A stretch of DNA of 64,000 nucleotides from Desulfobacterales bacterium (GTDB lineage Bacteria > Desulfobacterota > Desulfobacteria > Desulfobacterales > UBA5852), in contig CAXXVS010000002.1 of the NCBI GenBank assembly GCA_963674755.2, positions 2,432,001 through 2,496,000 of the forward strand, written 5' to 3'. Within the stretch, counting starts at the first letter, position 1, and every line of letters begins with the position of its first letter. The notes below the pieces were generated by a model. It saw nothing but the letters and a program-made list of their open reading frames with translations, made no database searches and was not told the origin of the DNA. The position numbers and the translations under genes are program-made. Of this stretch, positions 1-9,965 are shown in pieces.

Positions 1-63
1 ATCCCCCATCATGTCATTCCTCCGGACGGACGAAAAAAACAGCCGTCATCCGTCCTTTGCCGA

Positions 64-1911
64 TTAAGAGATGGCGTCGAATTTACATTTATCGTAGCAG
101 GTCAGGCATTGAATACAAGCGTCCTTGTCGATACGGGCGACCTGCTTCTTTTCCCAGGCGATGGCCTCCACCGGGCAGGCCCGGGCGCACATGCCGCACA
201 TGGTGCAGGCCTCCGGGTCCACCTCGAATTTGAGCAGGGCCACGCAACGCTTGGCCGGACAGCGGTGCTCCAGGATGTGCGCTTCATACTCGTCCCGGAA
301 ATAGCGCAGGGTGGAGAGCACCGGGTTGGGGCCGGTCTGGCCCAGGCCGCACAGGGCGGTTTCCTTGATCACGGCCGAGAGGGTTTCGAGCTCGTCCAGG
401 TCCTGGGGTTCGCCCTCGCCGCCGCAGATTTTTTTCAGCAGTTCCAGCAAACGCCGGGTGCCCTCCCGGCAGGGGGTGCATTTGCCGCAGGATTCATCCT
501 GGATGAAATCCATGAAAAAACGCGCCATGTCCACCATGCAGGTGTTGTCGTCCATGACAATGGCCCCGCCGGAGCCCATGATGGCGCCCACCTTGGCGAT
601 CTCCTCGTAGTCCACCGGGGTGTCCAGGTGGCTGTCGGGGATGCAGCCCCCGGAAGGACCGCCCAGCTGCACCGCCTTGAACTTGCGTTTTTTGGGAATC
701 CCGCCGCCGATGTCATAGATCATGGTCCGCAGGGAGGTTCCCATGGGGACCTCCACCAGGCCGATGTTGTTGATGTCGCCCGACATGGCGAACACCTTGG
801 TGCCCTTGCTGGTCTCGGTGCCGACACTGGCATACCAGGCGCCGCCCTTGAGGATGATCTGGGGCACGTTGGCCAGGGTTTCCACATTGTTCAGGATGGT
901 GGGTTTCTCCCACAAGCCCTGGTGGGCCGGGAAAGGCGGGCGCGGACGCGGCATGCCGCGCTTGCCCTCGATGGATCGCATGAGGGCCGTCTCTTCGCCA
1001 CACACGAAGGCGCCGGCCCCCTGGTAGATCTCCACGTGGAAATCGAAGCCCGAATCCAGGATGTTGTCCCCGATCAAGCCGCGTTCCCGGGCCTGTTCGA
1101 TGGCGATCCCCAGCCGCCGGATGGCCAGCGGATATTCGGTGCGGGCGTAGATATACCCCTGATGGGCATTGATGGCCTTGGCGGCGATGATCATGCCTTC
1201 CAGCACGGCGTGGGGATCGGCTTCCAGGATGCTGCGGTCCATAAAGGCGCCGGGATCGCCCTCATCGGCGTTGCAAAGCACATATTTGACCTCGCCGGGG
1301 CTGGCTTTGGCAAACTGCCACTTCATGCCGGCCGGAAATCCGGCCCCGCCCCGGCCGCGCAGGCCGGACGTTTTCATTTCTTCGATGATCTCATCAGCGG
1401 AAAGTTGGTGGAGGGCCTTGGCCACCGCCTGATAGCCGTCCCGGGCAATGTAGTCTTCGATGACCTCCGGGTCGATGAGCCCCTTGTTGCGCAAGGCCCG
1501 GGGCATCTGGTGGGCAAAAAAGGGAATATCGTCCTGGCAGGGAATCTTTTTCTTGGTGACCGGGTCCTTGTAGCAAAGCTTTTCCACCGGCTTGCCGCCG
1601 ACGATATGTTCGTCCAGGATAAGCGCCACATCGTCCACGGTCAGCTTCTGATAGAAAATATCGCCCGGATGCACCACCATGATGGGCCCCATGGCGCAAA
1701 ACCCGTTGCAGCCCGTCTCGATCACCCGCACCTTGTCCTGGAGTCCCTTGGCAACGACGTCTTCCCGCAGCCGCTTGATAACGGCGATGCTGCCGGTGGC
1801 GTGGCAGCCGGTGCCGCCGCACACCATCAGACGGAATACGCCCGGCTCGTCGAGCCGTGCGGCGGCCTTCTCCTGCACCGCCTGAAGTTCTGCAATGGTA
1901 AACGCACCCAT
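64..1911 (-). CDS. nuoF: NuoF/HydB/HndC-type NADH- and FMN-binding flavoprotein subunit with N-terminal 2Fe-2S domain and C-terminal 2x[4Fe-4S] ferredoxin domain
   Basis: GLRGRGGAGFP, CNADEGDPGAFMDR, GAGAFVCGEETAL, ESCGKCTPCREG; C-terminal CTMCGMCARACP and CIQCLTCYDKC; N-terminal CGGTGC...GCNGFC. Confidence 0.9.
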   Translation of the reverse strand: MGAFTIAELQAVQEKAAARLDEPGVFRLMVCGGTGCHATGSIAVIKRLREDVVAKGLQDKVRVIETGCNGFCAMGPIMVVHPGDIFYQKLTVDDVALILDEHIVGGKPVEKLCYKDPVTKKKIPCQDDIPFFAHQMPRALRNKGLIDPEVIEDYIARDGYQAVAKALHQLSADEIIEEMKTSGLRGRGGAGFPAGMKWQFAKASPGEVKYVLCNADEGDPGAFMDRSILEADPHAVLEGMIIAAKAINAHQGYIYARTEYPLAIRRLGIAIEQARERGLIGDNILDSGFDFHVEIYQGAGAFVCGEETALMRSIEGKRGMPRPRPPFPAHQGLWEKPTILNNVETLANVPQIILKGGAWYASVGTETSKGTKVFAMSGDINNIGLVEVPMGTSLRTMIYDIGGGIPKKRKFKAVQLGGPSGGCIPDSHLDTPVDYEEIAKVGAIMGSGGAIVMDDNTCMVDMARFFMDFIQDESCGKCTPCREGTRRLLELLKKICGGEGEPQDLDELETLSAVIKETALCGLGQTGPNPVLSTLRYFRDEYEAHILEHRCPAKRCVALLKFEVDPEACTMCGMCARACPVEAIAWEKKQVARIDKDACIQCLTCYDKCKFDAIS

Positions 1912-1930
1912 AAGATTCCCTTTCCGGCTG

Positions 1931-2299
1931 TTACCAGGATCCGTCCAGCCCCCGCAATCCGTTCATATAGAGCTTGCCGATGGAGATAAACATGGAGTAG
2001 TCCGTGACGAGCAACGGCAGTTTGAAGCTTTCGGCCTGGGCGATGACCCGCGGCGAAGGCTCCTTGCCACGCACGAAAACCACGGCGCCGATCTGTGAAA
2101 TGGTGGCCGATCGAACCACTTCCTCGGTGGTCAGGCCGGTCAGCAGAAGACCGTCCTTGGCCACGGCGGACAGGATGGCCTCCATGATATCCGCCCCGCC
2201 CCCGGCCACGATGTTGCGGTCCATGTCATCGTTTCCCGTCAAAACCCTGGCTTTGAGAATGTCCTTGATTTCCGATAGTTTCATACCGCTCACCGTCAC
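1931..2299 (-). CDS. DRTGG-domain protein
   Basis: MKLSEIKDILKARVL...GADIMEAIL...LLLTGL...AVVFVRGK pattern; sits between NuoE-like and NuoF-like genes. Confidence 0.75.
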   Translation of the reverse strand: MTVSGMKLSEIKDILKARVLTGNDDMDRNIVAGGGADIMEAILSAVAKDGLLLTGLTTEEVVRSATISQIGAVVFVRGKEPSPRVIAQAESFKLPLLVTDYSMFISIGKLYMNGLRGLDGSW

Positions 2300-2307
2300 T
2301 AGGCTGG

Positions 2308-2802
2308 TTATTCGTATTGGTTGAGAATCTGGATTACCTTATCGGAACTGATCGCCCCATGGGTGTCGCTGCCCACGACCATGACCGGCGCCAGGCCGCA
2401 AGCTCCCAGACAGCGGACCGCTTCCAGTGAAAAACGACGATCCGGGGAAGTTCCCCCTTCCTCCAGATCGAACTCATTGCGGATCCGGGCCACGACCTCT
2501 TTGATCCCTTTGACATAGCAGGCGGTTCCGGTGCAAACCTTTATCGTATGGCGACCCTTGGGTTCGAAGGAAAACAGGGCGTAAAATGAGGCCACGCCGA
2601 AAACATCGCTGCGGGACAGGTTCATACCCCGGGCGATGTATTCCATCAATTCCACAGGCAGATAGCCGACCACGGCCTGGCAGCGGCGCAGGACCGCAAT
2701 GACGGAACCCGCGATGGTGCGATTTTCCGCGATAATGGTATCGATCTGATCCCACATGTCAGGGGTGATATCCGGATGCTCGGGGCGAAAGGCAGGCGTC
2801 AT
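2308..2802 (-). CDS. nuoE: NuoE/HydC/HndA-type thioredoxin-like 2Fe-2S subunit
   Basis: GVASFYALF, VCTGTACYVKG, VRCLGACGLAPVM. Confidence 0.9.
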   Translation of the reverse strand: MTPAFRPEHPDITPDMWDQIDTIIAENRTIAGSVIAVLRRCQAVVGYLPVELMEYIARGMNLSRSDVFGVASFYALFSFEPKGRHTIKVCTGTACYVKGIKEVVARIRNEFDLEEGGTSPDRRFSLEAVRCLGACGLAPVMVVGSDTHGAISSDKVIQILNQYE

Positions 2803-3300
2803 GGTCCGTCTCCAATTACTAAGTTGGCAATATCAGCGCGTCATCGGGTGTCGCTCAAACGAAGACGGAAGCGGAGATTTGTCCGCGCCGGATACTGTCG
2901 TAAGCCGACCATGGTCGACACGGCCGCGCCTGAAGCGGTACGGGCGCCTTCATGGAAGCCTTGCCACCATCCGCCATACGGCCGATTGTTGCAAACGCTT
3001 CGGTGAACGGGGAATCCGCTGCCGACAAATCACTTCTTCCGATTGGCCATCAAACCCAAAAACTATGTTAGAAGTATGCAAAAAACTCGCTTATCACAAT
3101 CACTTGAACTGGGCAACATGTAATAGGCGGCCCGCTTCCCGGCAGGAACGGGTTGGCCGGCGGCTGAAGGTCCTCGTATGGGTGCATAGGGCCACGTTGC
3201 CCTGCCTTGACGCCGTCCGGCCCCTGGTCTATAAGCCAGGCGTGCGCCGGCGCGCCGTAAGCCTGATTTGATAAACCTGACACCCGGGAGCCCGGTTCCA

Positions 3301-4125
3301 ATGACCGAACACAAGCGATGCGTGGATGAAGCGGCCGCCTTTCTCCGCCGACAATGCGACCTCCAGCCGACGGTCGGCCTGCTGACCGGCACAGGCCTGG
3401 GGGATTGCGTCGCAGACATGAGCGTGGCCTGCGACATCGCCTACGGGGACATCCCCCACTTCCCGGTTTCGACCGTCTCCGGCCACAAGGGGCGTCTGCT
3501 GATGGGACGCCTGCAGGGTCGGGCCGTGGTGGTTTTCCAGGGGCGGTTTCACCTTTATGAAGGCTACCCCCCCCGGGAAGTGGTGTACCCGATCCGGCTG
3601 ATGCAGGCCATGGGCGCCGGCACATTGATCGTCACCAACGCCGCCGGGGGGCTCAATCCCGACTTCCGCCCCGGGGATATCATGGGCATCACGGATCACA
3701 TCAACCTGACGGGCGAGAATCCGCTGGTGGGCCCCAATGACCCCGCCTGGGGGATCCGGTTCCCGGACATGAGCCGGGTCTACGATCCCCGATTGGGTGA
3801 GCAGGCCCGGGCGGCCGCCCAATCCCTGGGATGGCCCCTGCAGAAAGGGGTCTATGCCGGTCTTAAAGGGCCTTCCCTGGAAACGCCCGCTGAAATCCGC
3901 TTTCTCACCACCATCGGGGCGGACGCCGTGGGGCTGTCCACGGTGCAGGAAGTGATCGCCGCGGTTCACGCGGGGATGCGCATCCTGGGACTGTCCGTCA
4001 TCACCAATGTAAACCATCCCGACCGCCCGGTTCCCGCGTCCCTCGAAGACATCATCGAAGTGGCGGACCAGGCCGCCCCCCGGCTGGCCCGTCTGATCGA
4101 AACCGTATTGGAGCATCTGGAATAA
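3301..4125 (+). CDS. Purine nucleoside phosphorylase (trimeric PNP/XapA family)
   Basis: IPHFPVSTVSGHKG, QGRFHLYEGY, TNAAGG, GPSLETPAE, GADAVGLST; ATG at 3301 chosen as start. Confidence 0.92.
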   Translation: MTEHKRCVDEAAAFLRRQCDLQPTVGLLTGTGLGDCVADMSVACDIAYGDIPHFPVSTVSGHKGRLLMGRLQGRAVVVFQGRFHLYEGYPPREVVYPIRLMQAMGAGTLIVTNAAGGLNPDFRPGDIMGITDHINLTGENPLVGPNDPAWGIRFPDMSRVYDPRLGEQARAAAQSLGWPLQKGVYAGLKGPSLETPAEIRFLTTIGADAVGLSTVQEVIAAVHAGMRILGLSVITNVNHPDRPVPASLEDIIEVADQAAPRLARLIETVLEHLE

Positions 4126-4126
4126 G

Positions 4127-5458
4127 ATGAAAAACGCCGACCTCCTGCTGACCAACGGCTGGGTGCTGACCATGGATGACCGGCGCCGGGAATTCAACCC
4201 CGGTTTCGTGGCGCTGCAGGGCCCCCATATCGCGGCCGTGGGTCCCATGACCGAGGCCGCCCAATGGACGGCCGCCCGGACCCTGGACGCGGCCGGCGGG
4301 ATCATCCTGCCGGGGCTGGTCAATGCCCACACCCACGCGGCCATGACCTGCTTCCGGGGCATGGCCGACGACCTGCCCCTGATGGAATGGCTGCAGGAGC
4401 ATATCTTCCCGGCCGAGGCACAACTCGACCACGACAAGGTCAAGACCGGCACCCTGCTGGCCTGCGCCGAAATGATCCTCTCCGGCACCACCTGTTTCTG
4501 CGACATGTACCTCTTCGAAGATGCCGTGGCCGAAGCGGCGCATCAGGCCGGCCTGCGGGCCGTGGTGGGCGAGGTCCTCTACGATTTCCCCTCCCCCAAC
4601 TACGGCCCCCCCGAGGCCGGTCTGGTCTACACCGAACGGCTGATCGACAAATGGCGTGGGGAGCCTCTCATCACCATCGCCGTGGAACCCCACTCCCCTT
4701 ATCTCTGCGCCCCCGATCTTCTGAAAAAGGCCGACGCCATCGCCCGGCGGCATGGGGTGCCGTTGGTGATTCACCTGGCGGAAACCCGCGCCGAAGTGGC
4801 AACCATGCAGGAGCGCTACGGCCTCACCCCGGTGGGTCACCTGGCCGATCTGGATCTGCTCCACCCCGGGCTGCTGGCCTGCCACGGGGTGATGCTGACC
4901 GATGACGACATGGACCTGCTCAAAACCCACGACGTCAAAATCGCCCACAACGCCGAAAGCAATATGAAGCTGGCCTCGGGCATCGCCCCGGTGCCCCGGC
5001 TGCTGGAGCGGGGCATCTGCGTGGCCCTGGGCACCGACGGCTGCGCCAGCAACAACAACTTGGACCTGATGAGCGAGATGGACACGGTGGCCAAGCTGCA
5101 CAAGGTCAACACCCTGGACCCCACCGTGCTGGATGCCGAAACCGTCCTGGCCATGGCCACCATCGAGGGCGCCCGCGCCCTGGGCCTGGCCGACCGCATC
5201 GGCTCCCTGGAAGCCGGCAAGGAGGCCGACCTGATCGTGATCGACACCCGCCAGCCCCACCTGACCCCCCTCTATCACCCCGCTTCGCATCTGGTCTATG
5301 CGGCCCGGGGCGGTGACGTCGCCACCAGCATCATCCGGGGCCAAGTGGTCATGGAAAACCGGACCCTGCGCACTTTGGACCGCGAGCAGGTCATGCAGGA
5401 TGTCAACCGCCTGGCGGCTGAAATTCGCGAAGCATTGCCCGATGCCGTGGCGCGCTGA
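4127..5458 (+). CDS. mtaD: Amidohydrolase, MTA/SAH deaminase (MtaD/DadD-like), copy 1
   Basis: PGLVNAHTHAAM, RGMADDL, WL..IFPAE, PHSPY, IHLAET, ESNMKLASG, LGTDGCASNN. Confidence 0.85.
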   Translation: MKNADLLLTNGWVLTMDDRRREFNPGFVALQGPHIAAVGPMTEAAQWTAARTLDAAGGIILPGLVNAHTHAAMTCFRGMADDLPLMEWLQEHIFPAEAQLDHDKVKTGTLLACAEMILSGTTCFCDMYLFEDAVAEAAHQAGLRAVVGEVLYDFPSPNYGPPEAGLVYTERLIDKWRGEPLITIAVEPHSPYLCAPDLLKKADAIARRHGVPLVIHLAETRAEVATMQERYGLTPVGHLADLDLLHPGLLACHGVMLTDDDMDLLKTHDVKIAHNAESNMKLASGIAPVPRLLERGICVALGTDGCASNNNLDLMSEMDTVAKLHKVNTLDPTVLDAETVLAMATIEGARALGLADRIGSLEAGKEADLIVIDTRQPHLTPLYHPASHLVYAARGGDVATSIIRGQVVMENRTLRTLDREQVMQDVNRLAAEIREALPDAVAR

Positions 5459-5512
5459 TGGCCTTGCCTGGGCCTGTTTGAAGTGGTTGAAAACCCAAGA
5501 TCAGGTTCGAGA

Positions 5513-6868
5513 ATGTACGATCTTCTGATTTGCAATGCCTGGGTGGTCACGGTCAATGACCGCTGGGAGGTGATCCCCAACGGCCTGATCGGCATTGAAG
5601 GCGATCGAATCGTCTATGTTGGTCCGGAGAAGCATCCGCGGCCGGCCGCCCGGGAAACCATCGATGCCGATCAGGGCATCGTGCTGCCCGGCCTGGTCAA
5701 TGCCCACACCCACCTGCCCATGACCGTCTTCCGGGGGCTGGCCGACGACCTCCCCCTGCACACCTGGCTGGAGGAATACATCTTCCCGGCCGAGGCGGCC
5801 CATATCACACCGGATACGGTCCACTGGGGCACCCGGCTGGCCTGCGCCGAACTGCTCCTGACCGGTGTCACCACCTGCTGCGACGGCTATTTCCTGGAAG
5901 ACGTCGTGGCCCGGGCGGTGGCCGCCACCGGCCTGCGGGCCGTCCTGGGCCAGGGGGTGATCGATTTTCCGGCCCCGGGCGTGCCGGATCCGTCCCGCAA
6001 CGTGGCCGCCGCCATGGATTTTGTTGACGCCTGGCAAAACCGCACGCCCCTGATCACCCCTTCCATCTTCTGCCATTCCCCTTACACCTGCAGCGACGCA
6101 ACCCTGGCCCGGGCCAAGGCGGCCGCAACGGCCAAAGGGGTTCTCTTCCAGATCCATGTGGCCGAAACCCGGGCGGAATACGCCCCGGCCGAAGGGGGCG
6201 GCCAACCGGAGCCTCCCGTCGAACGGCTGGCGCGCCTGAACCTGCTGGATGCGGCCACCCTTCTGGTGCACGGGGTCTGGCTCACCCCCCAAGAGATCGA
6301 CATCGTCGCCCAGAAGGGATGCGGCATCGTCCACTGCCCGGAGAGCAACATGAAGCTGGCCGCGGGCATCGCCCCGCTGCCGGCCTTTTTGCAGGCCGGC
6401 ATCCCGGTGGGTCTGGGTACGGACGGCTGCGCCAGCAACAACGACCTGGACCTGCTGCGGGAAATGGACACGGCCGCCAAACTGCACAAGGCCGCCGGGG
6501 GAGACCCCACGGCCCTGCCGGCCGCCCGGGTACTGGCCCTGGCCACCCGGGAGGGCGCCCGGGCCATCGGCCTGAGCGACCGCATCGGGTCCCTGGAGGC
6601 AGGCAAACAGGCCGATCTCGTCATTCTGGACAGCGCCCACCCGGCCCTGTGCCCGGTCTACAATCCTGTCTCCCAGGCCGTCTACGCGGCCGGCGGGGAC
6701 GCGGTGCGGGACACCATCGTGGCCGGACAGGTACGCGTGCGTCATCATCATATGACGGACGGCCATCTCGATGACGTCATGGATCAGGTGCGGGCCATCG
6801 GCCGCCGCATCCAAAACGCCCGGCGCCAACTACCCCGGCAGACTGACGGAAAGGGAGACCCGACATGA
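5513..6868 (+). CDS. Amidohydrolase, MTA/SAH deaminase-like, copy 2
   Basis: Same motifs as the upstream paralog (PGLVNAHTHLPM, HSPY, IHVAET, ESNMKLAAG, LGTDGCASNN). Confidence 0.85.
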   Translation: MYDLLICNAWVVTVNDRWEVIPNGLIGIEGDRIVYVGPEKHPRPAARETIDADQGIVLPGLVNAHTHLPMTVFRGLADDLPLHTWLEEYIFPAEAAHITPDTVHWGTRLACAELLLTGVTTCCDGYFLEDVVARAVAATGLRAVLGQGVIDFPAPGVPDPSRNVAAAMDFVDAWQNRTPLITPSIFCHSPYTCSDATLARAKAAATAKGVLFQIHVAETRAEYAPAEGGGQPEPPVERLARLNLLDAATLLVHGVWLTPQEIDIVAQKGCGIVHCPESNMKLAAGIAPLPAFLQAGIPVGLGTDGCASNNDLDLLREMDTAAKLHKAAGGDPTALPAARVLALATREGARAIGLSDRIGSLEAGKQADLVILDSAHPALCPVYNPVSQAVYAAGGDAVRDTIVAGQVRVRHHHMTDGHLDDVMDQVRAIGRRIQNARRQLPRQTDGKGDPT

Positions 6869-8577
6869 CCATGGAACACCTCATCGCCGTGGCCCGCGGA
6901 GACCAGCCGGCCGATCTGCTCCTGCGCAACGCCAAGCTCGTCAACGTCTTTTCCGGGGAGATCCTGGACACGGACATCGCTGTGGCGCAAGGCCACATTG
7001 CGGGTTTCGGCCCCCGGGAAGCCCGGGCCGAGATCGACCTGGGCGGACGCTTCCTGGCCCCCGGCTTCATCGACGCCCATGTCCACATCGAAAGCGCCAT
7101 GGCCTCCCCCACCGAATTCGCCCGGGCCGTGCTGCCCCACGGCACCACCACGGTGGTGGCCGACCCCCACGAGATTGCCAACGTTCTGGGGCGGGCGGGC
7201 ATCGATTACATGCTGCAGGCCACCGAGGGGCAGCCCCTGCAATTTTTCTTCAGCCTGTCCTCCTGTGTGCCGGCGACGACCATGGAAACCGCCGGTGCCA
7301 CGTTGACCGCCGCCGATCTGGCCCCCCTGATGCCCCATCCCCGGGTGGTGGCCCTGGCGGAAGTCATGAATTTCCCCGGCGTCATCCAGGGGGATCCCGA
7401 CATCCTGGCCAAAATCCGGGCGGCCCACACCGCCCGCAAACGGGTGGACGGCCATGCCCCGGGGGTGGCCGGGAGGGCCCTGGACGCCTATATTGCCGCC
7501 GGCATCGCCAGCGATCACGAATGCATCGACCCGGAAGAAGCCCTTGAGAAGTTGCGGCGCGGGATGCACATCATGATCCGGGAGGGCACCGGCGCCAAAA
7601 ATCTGGCCGCCCTGGTGGACATCATCCGGCCGGAGACCGTCCACCAGCTCATGTGGTGCACCGACGACCGCCACCCCCATGACATTTTGGCCGAAGGCCA
7701 TGTGGACGCCATCGTGCGGCAGGCGGTCCGGCGGGGTGTGCCCCTGCCCCTGGCCATCCGCATGGCCACCTTGAACCCGGCCGTCTATTTCGGCCTGCCC
7801 CGCACCGGTGCCCTGGCGCCCGGTCAGCGGGCCGACATGGTGGTCTTCAGCGATCCCACGAATCCCGTGGTGGAAATGGTCTATGCCGGCGGGCAACGCG
7901 TGGCCGAAGACGGGGTGCTACTGGAAACGACCGTCTTCCCCGATGCGGTTCCGGTGGCGCCCGCTATGCAGGTCGACCCGGCGCAGCTCGACTTTCGCCT
8001 GGTCGCCCGGGGCGAACGGATGCGGGTCATCGACATCGTCCCCGGGCAGATCGTCACGCGCCAAATCATCGCCGAAACGCCGGTAGCCGACGACCACGCG
8101 GTGGCGGATCCCCAAAAGGACCTTTTAAAGATCGCCGTAATCGAGCGCCATCAGGGGACCGGGCGCATCGGGATCGGGTTTGTGCGGGGCATGGGGCTGC
8201 GCAAAGGCGCCCTGGCCTCCAGCGTGGCCCATGACAGCCACAACATCATCGTGGTGGGTGCCAGCGATAAAGACATGGCCGCCGCCGCCCGCCGGGTGAT
8301 TGCCATGCAGGGGGGGCTGTCCGCAGCCGCCGATGGCCACATCCTGGCGGAACTGGCCCTGCCCATTGCCGGCCTCATGTCGCCGGACCCGGTCCGGACG
8401 ATCCAGGACCGGATGACCGGCCTGATTGCCGCCGCCCAGTCTCTGGGCACACCCCTGGAGGACCCGTTCATGATCTTGTCATTTCTGGCCCTGCCCGTGA
8501 TTCCGGAACTCAAGATCACCGACCGGGGCCTGGTGGACGTAAACCGCTTCGAACCCGTTGATCTTTTCCTTCAATAG
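6865..8577 (+). CDS. ade: Adenine deaminase (AdeC type)
   Basis: PGFIDAHVHIES, GTTTVVADPHEIANV, DGHAP, DHEC, IREG, TDDRHP, ASSVAHDSHNII, SFLALPVIP. Confidence 0.93.
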   Translation: MTMEHLIAVARGDQPADLLLRNAKLVNVFSGEILDTDIAVAQGHIAGFGPREARAEIDLGGRFLAPGFIDAHVHIESAMASPTEFARAVLPHGTTTVVADPHEIANVLGRAGIDYMLQATEGQPLQFFFSLSSCVPATTMETAGATLTAADLAPLMPHPRVVALAEVMNFPGVIQGDPDILAKIRAAHTARKRVDGHAPGVAGRALDAYIAAGIASDHECIDPEEALEKLRRGMHIMIREGTGAKNLAALVDIIRPETVHQLMWCTDDRHPHDILAEGHVDAIVRQAVRRGVPLPLAIRMATLNPAVYFGLPRTGALAPGQRADMVVFSDPTNPVVEMVYAGGQRVAEDGVLLETTVFPDAVPVAPAMQVDPAQLDFRLVARGERMRVIDIVPGQIVTRQIIAETPVADDHAVADPQKDLLKIAVIERHQGTGRIGIGFVRGMGLRKGALASSVAHDSHNIIVVGASDKDMAAAARRVIAMQGGLSAAADGHILAELALPIAGLMSPDPVRTIQDRMTGLIAAAQSLGTPLEDPFMILSFLALPVIPELKITDRGLVDVNRFEPVDLFLQ

Positions 8578-8643
8578 GAATAGCAAAAACGGTAGCGGCC
8601 GAGGCCACTACCGTTGATTGGAACGATCGATATAAGAGAGGAA

Positions 8644-9753
8644 ATGCGTTTCATGCAAGATACCCCACAACCCTTGCGCCCCATTTGGATAGACGACGCC
8701 AGCGGGGACGTCAACGTGATCGACCAGCGCAGCCTGCCCCACGAACAGGTGGTATTGGAGCTGCAGACCGTGGACGACATCATCTATGCCATCCAGGAAA
8801 TGGTGGTCCGGGGGGCGCCTTTGATCGGCATCACCGCGGCCTATGGCGTCTATCTGGCCGTTAAAAACGCCGCCGCCGGTTCCGGCCCGGCGGATTGGAC
8901 GGCCGAATGCGAACGCGTCAAGGCCGCCCGCCCTACGGCCGTCAACTTGCAGTGGGCCGTGGAGCGGGTCATGGCGGACATCAGGAACCGGCCGGCCGGC
9001 CAGCGAACCGAAGCGGCCCGGAAAATCGCCGGCGTGATCGCCGAAGAAGAAGCCGACAACTGCCGCCGGATCGGCCGCCACGGGGTGCGCCTGATCGAGG
9101 CCCTCAGCCAGGAGAAAAGCGGTGCCGCCGTCAACATCCTGACCCACTGCAACGCCGGCTGGCTGGCCACCATCGAATACGGCACCGCCACGGCCCCCAT
9201 CTACACCGCTTACGACCAGGGCATCGACGTGCATGTCTGGGTAGACGAAACCCGCCCCCTCAACCAGGGCGCCCGCCTGACGGCCTGGGAGCTGGGCCGC
9301 CACGGGGTTTCCCATGCCGTCATCACGGACAATGCCGGCGGTCACCTCATGCAGCACGGCCTGGTGGATATGGTCATCGTGGGAACGGACCGCACCACTT
9401 GCACCGGCGATGTGGCCAACAAAATCGGCACTTATCTCAAGGCCTTGGCCGCCCGGGACAACGAAGTGCCCTTCTATGTGGCCCTGCCGTCCAGCACCTT
9501 CGACTGGCGCCTGCGCGACGGGGTGCGGGAGATCCCCATCGAAGAGCGGGACCCGGATGAGGTCCGCTATATTCAGGGATATTCCGAGGATGGCCTGCGC
9601 AGCGTGCTCGTGCCGCCCGCCAGCAGTCCGGCGGCCAATTATGCGTTTGACGTGACCCCGGCCCGGCTGGTGACCGGTTTCATTACCGAACGGGGCGTCT
9701 GCGCGGCCACCGAAGCCGCGATTCGCGCCCTGTTCCCCGAGAAAGCGACGTAG
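8644..9753 (+). CDS. mtnA: S-methyl-5-thioribose-1-phosphate isomerase
   Basis: IDQRSLP, MVVRGAPLIG, RPTAVNL, ILTHCNAGWLAT, ETRPLNQGARLTAWEL, GDVANKIGTY, AFDVTP. Confidence 0.95.
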   Translation: MRFMQDTPQPLRPIWIDDASGDVNVIDQRSLPHEQVVLELQTVDDIIYAIQEMVVRGAPLIGITAAYGVYLAVKNAAAGSGPADWTAECERVKAARPTAVNLQWAVERVMADIRNRPAGQRTEAARKIAGVIAEEEADNCRRIGRHGVRLIEALSQEKSGAAVNILTHCNAGWLATIEYGTATAPIYTAYDQGIDVHVWVDETRPLNQGARLTAWELGRHGVSHAVITDNAGGHLMQHGLVDMVIVGTDRTTCTGDVANKIGTYLKALAARDNEVPFYVALPSSTFDWRLRDGVREIPIEERDPDEVRYIQGYSEDGLRSVLVPPASSPAANYAFDVTPARLVTGFITERGVCAATEAAIRALFPEKAT

Positions 9754-9965
9754 CGCGACAGGCTCCAGAGGACCAGCGCTTCTATCCTAAACCGAAGCGG
9801 TAGGGCTGACACTTGGCCGCCGGACCTGCCGGCCGGGGCCCCATCCTTGACATCTGCCGCGGTTTGCCCTAATGAACTGCGCATTTCCGCGCCACCTGAT
9901 CACCGGGACGGCGGGCCTCCGCCCGGACGCCCCCTGGCGCGCAACCCGCTATTGCGAACGAAACC

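Noticed and set aside
3040..3130. Rex operator upstream of the nuoE-like operon
   Set aside because: Only a half-site (TCACAA) is present in an AT-rich stretch, with no full palindrome
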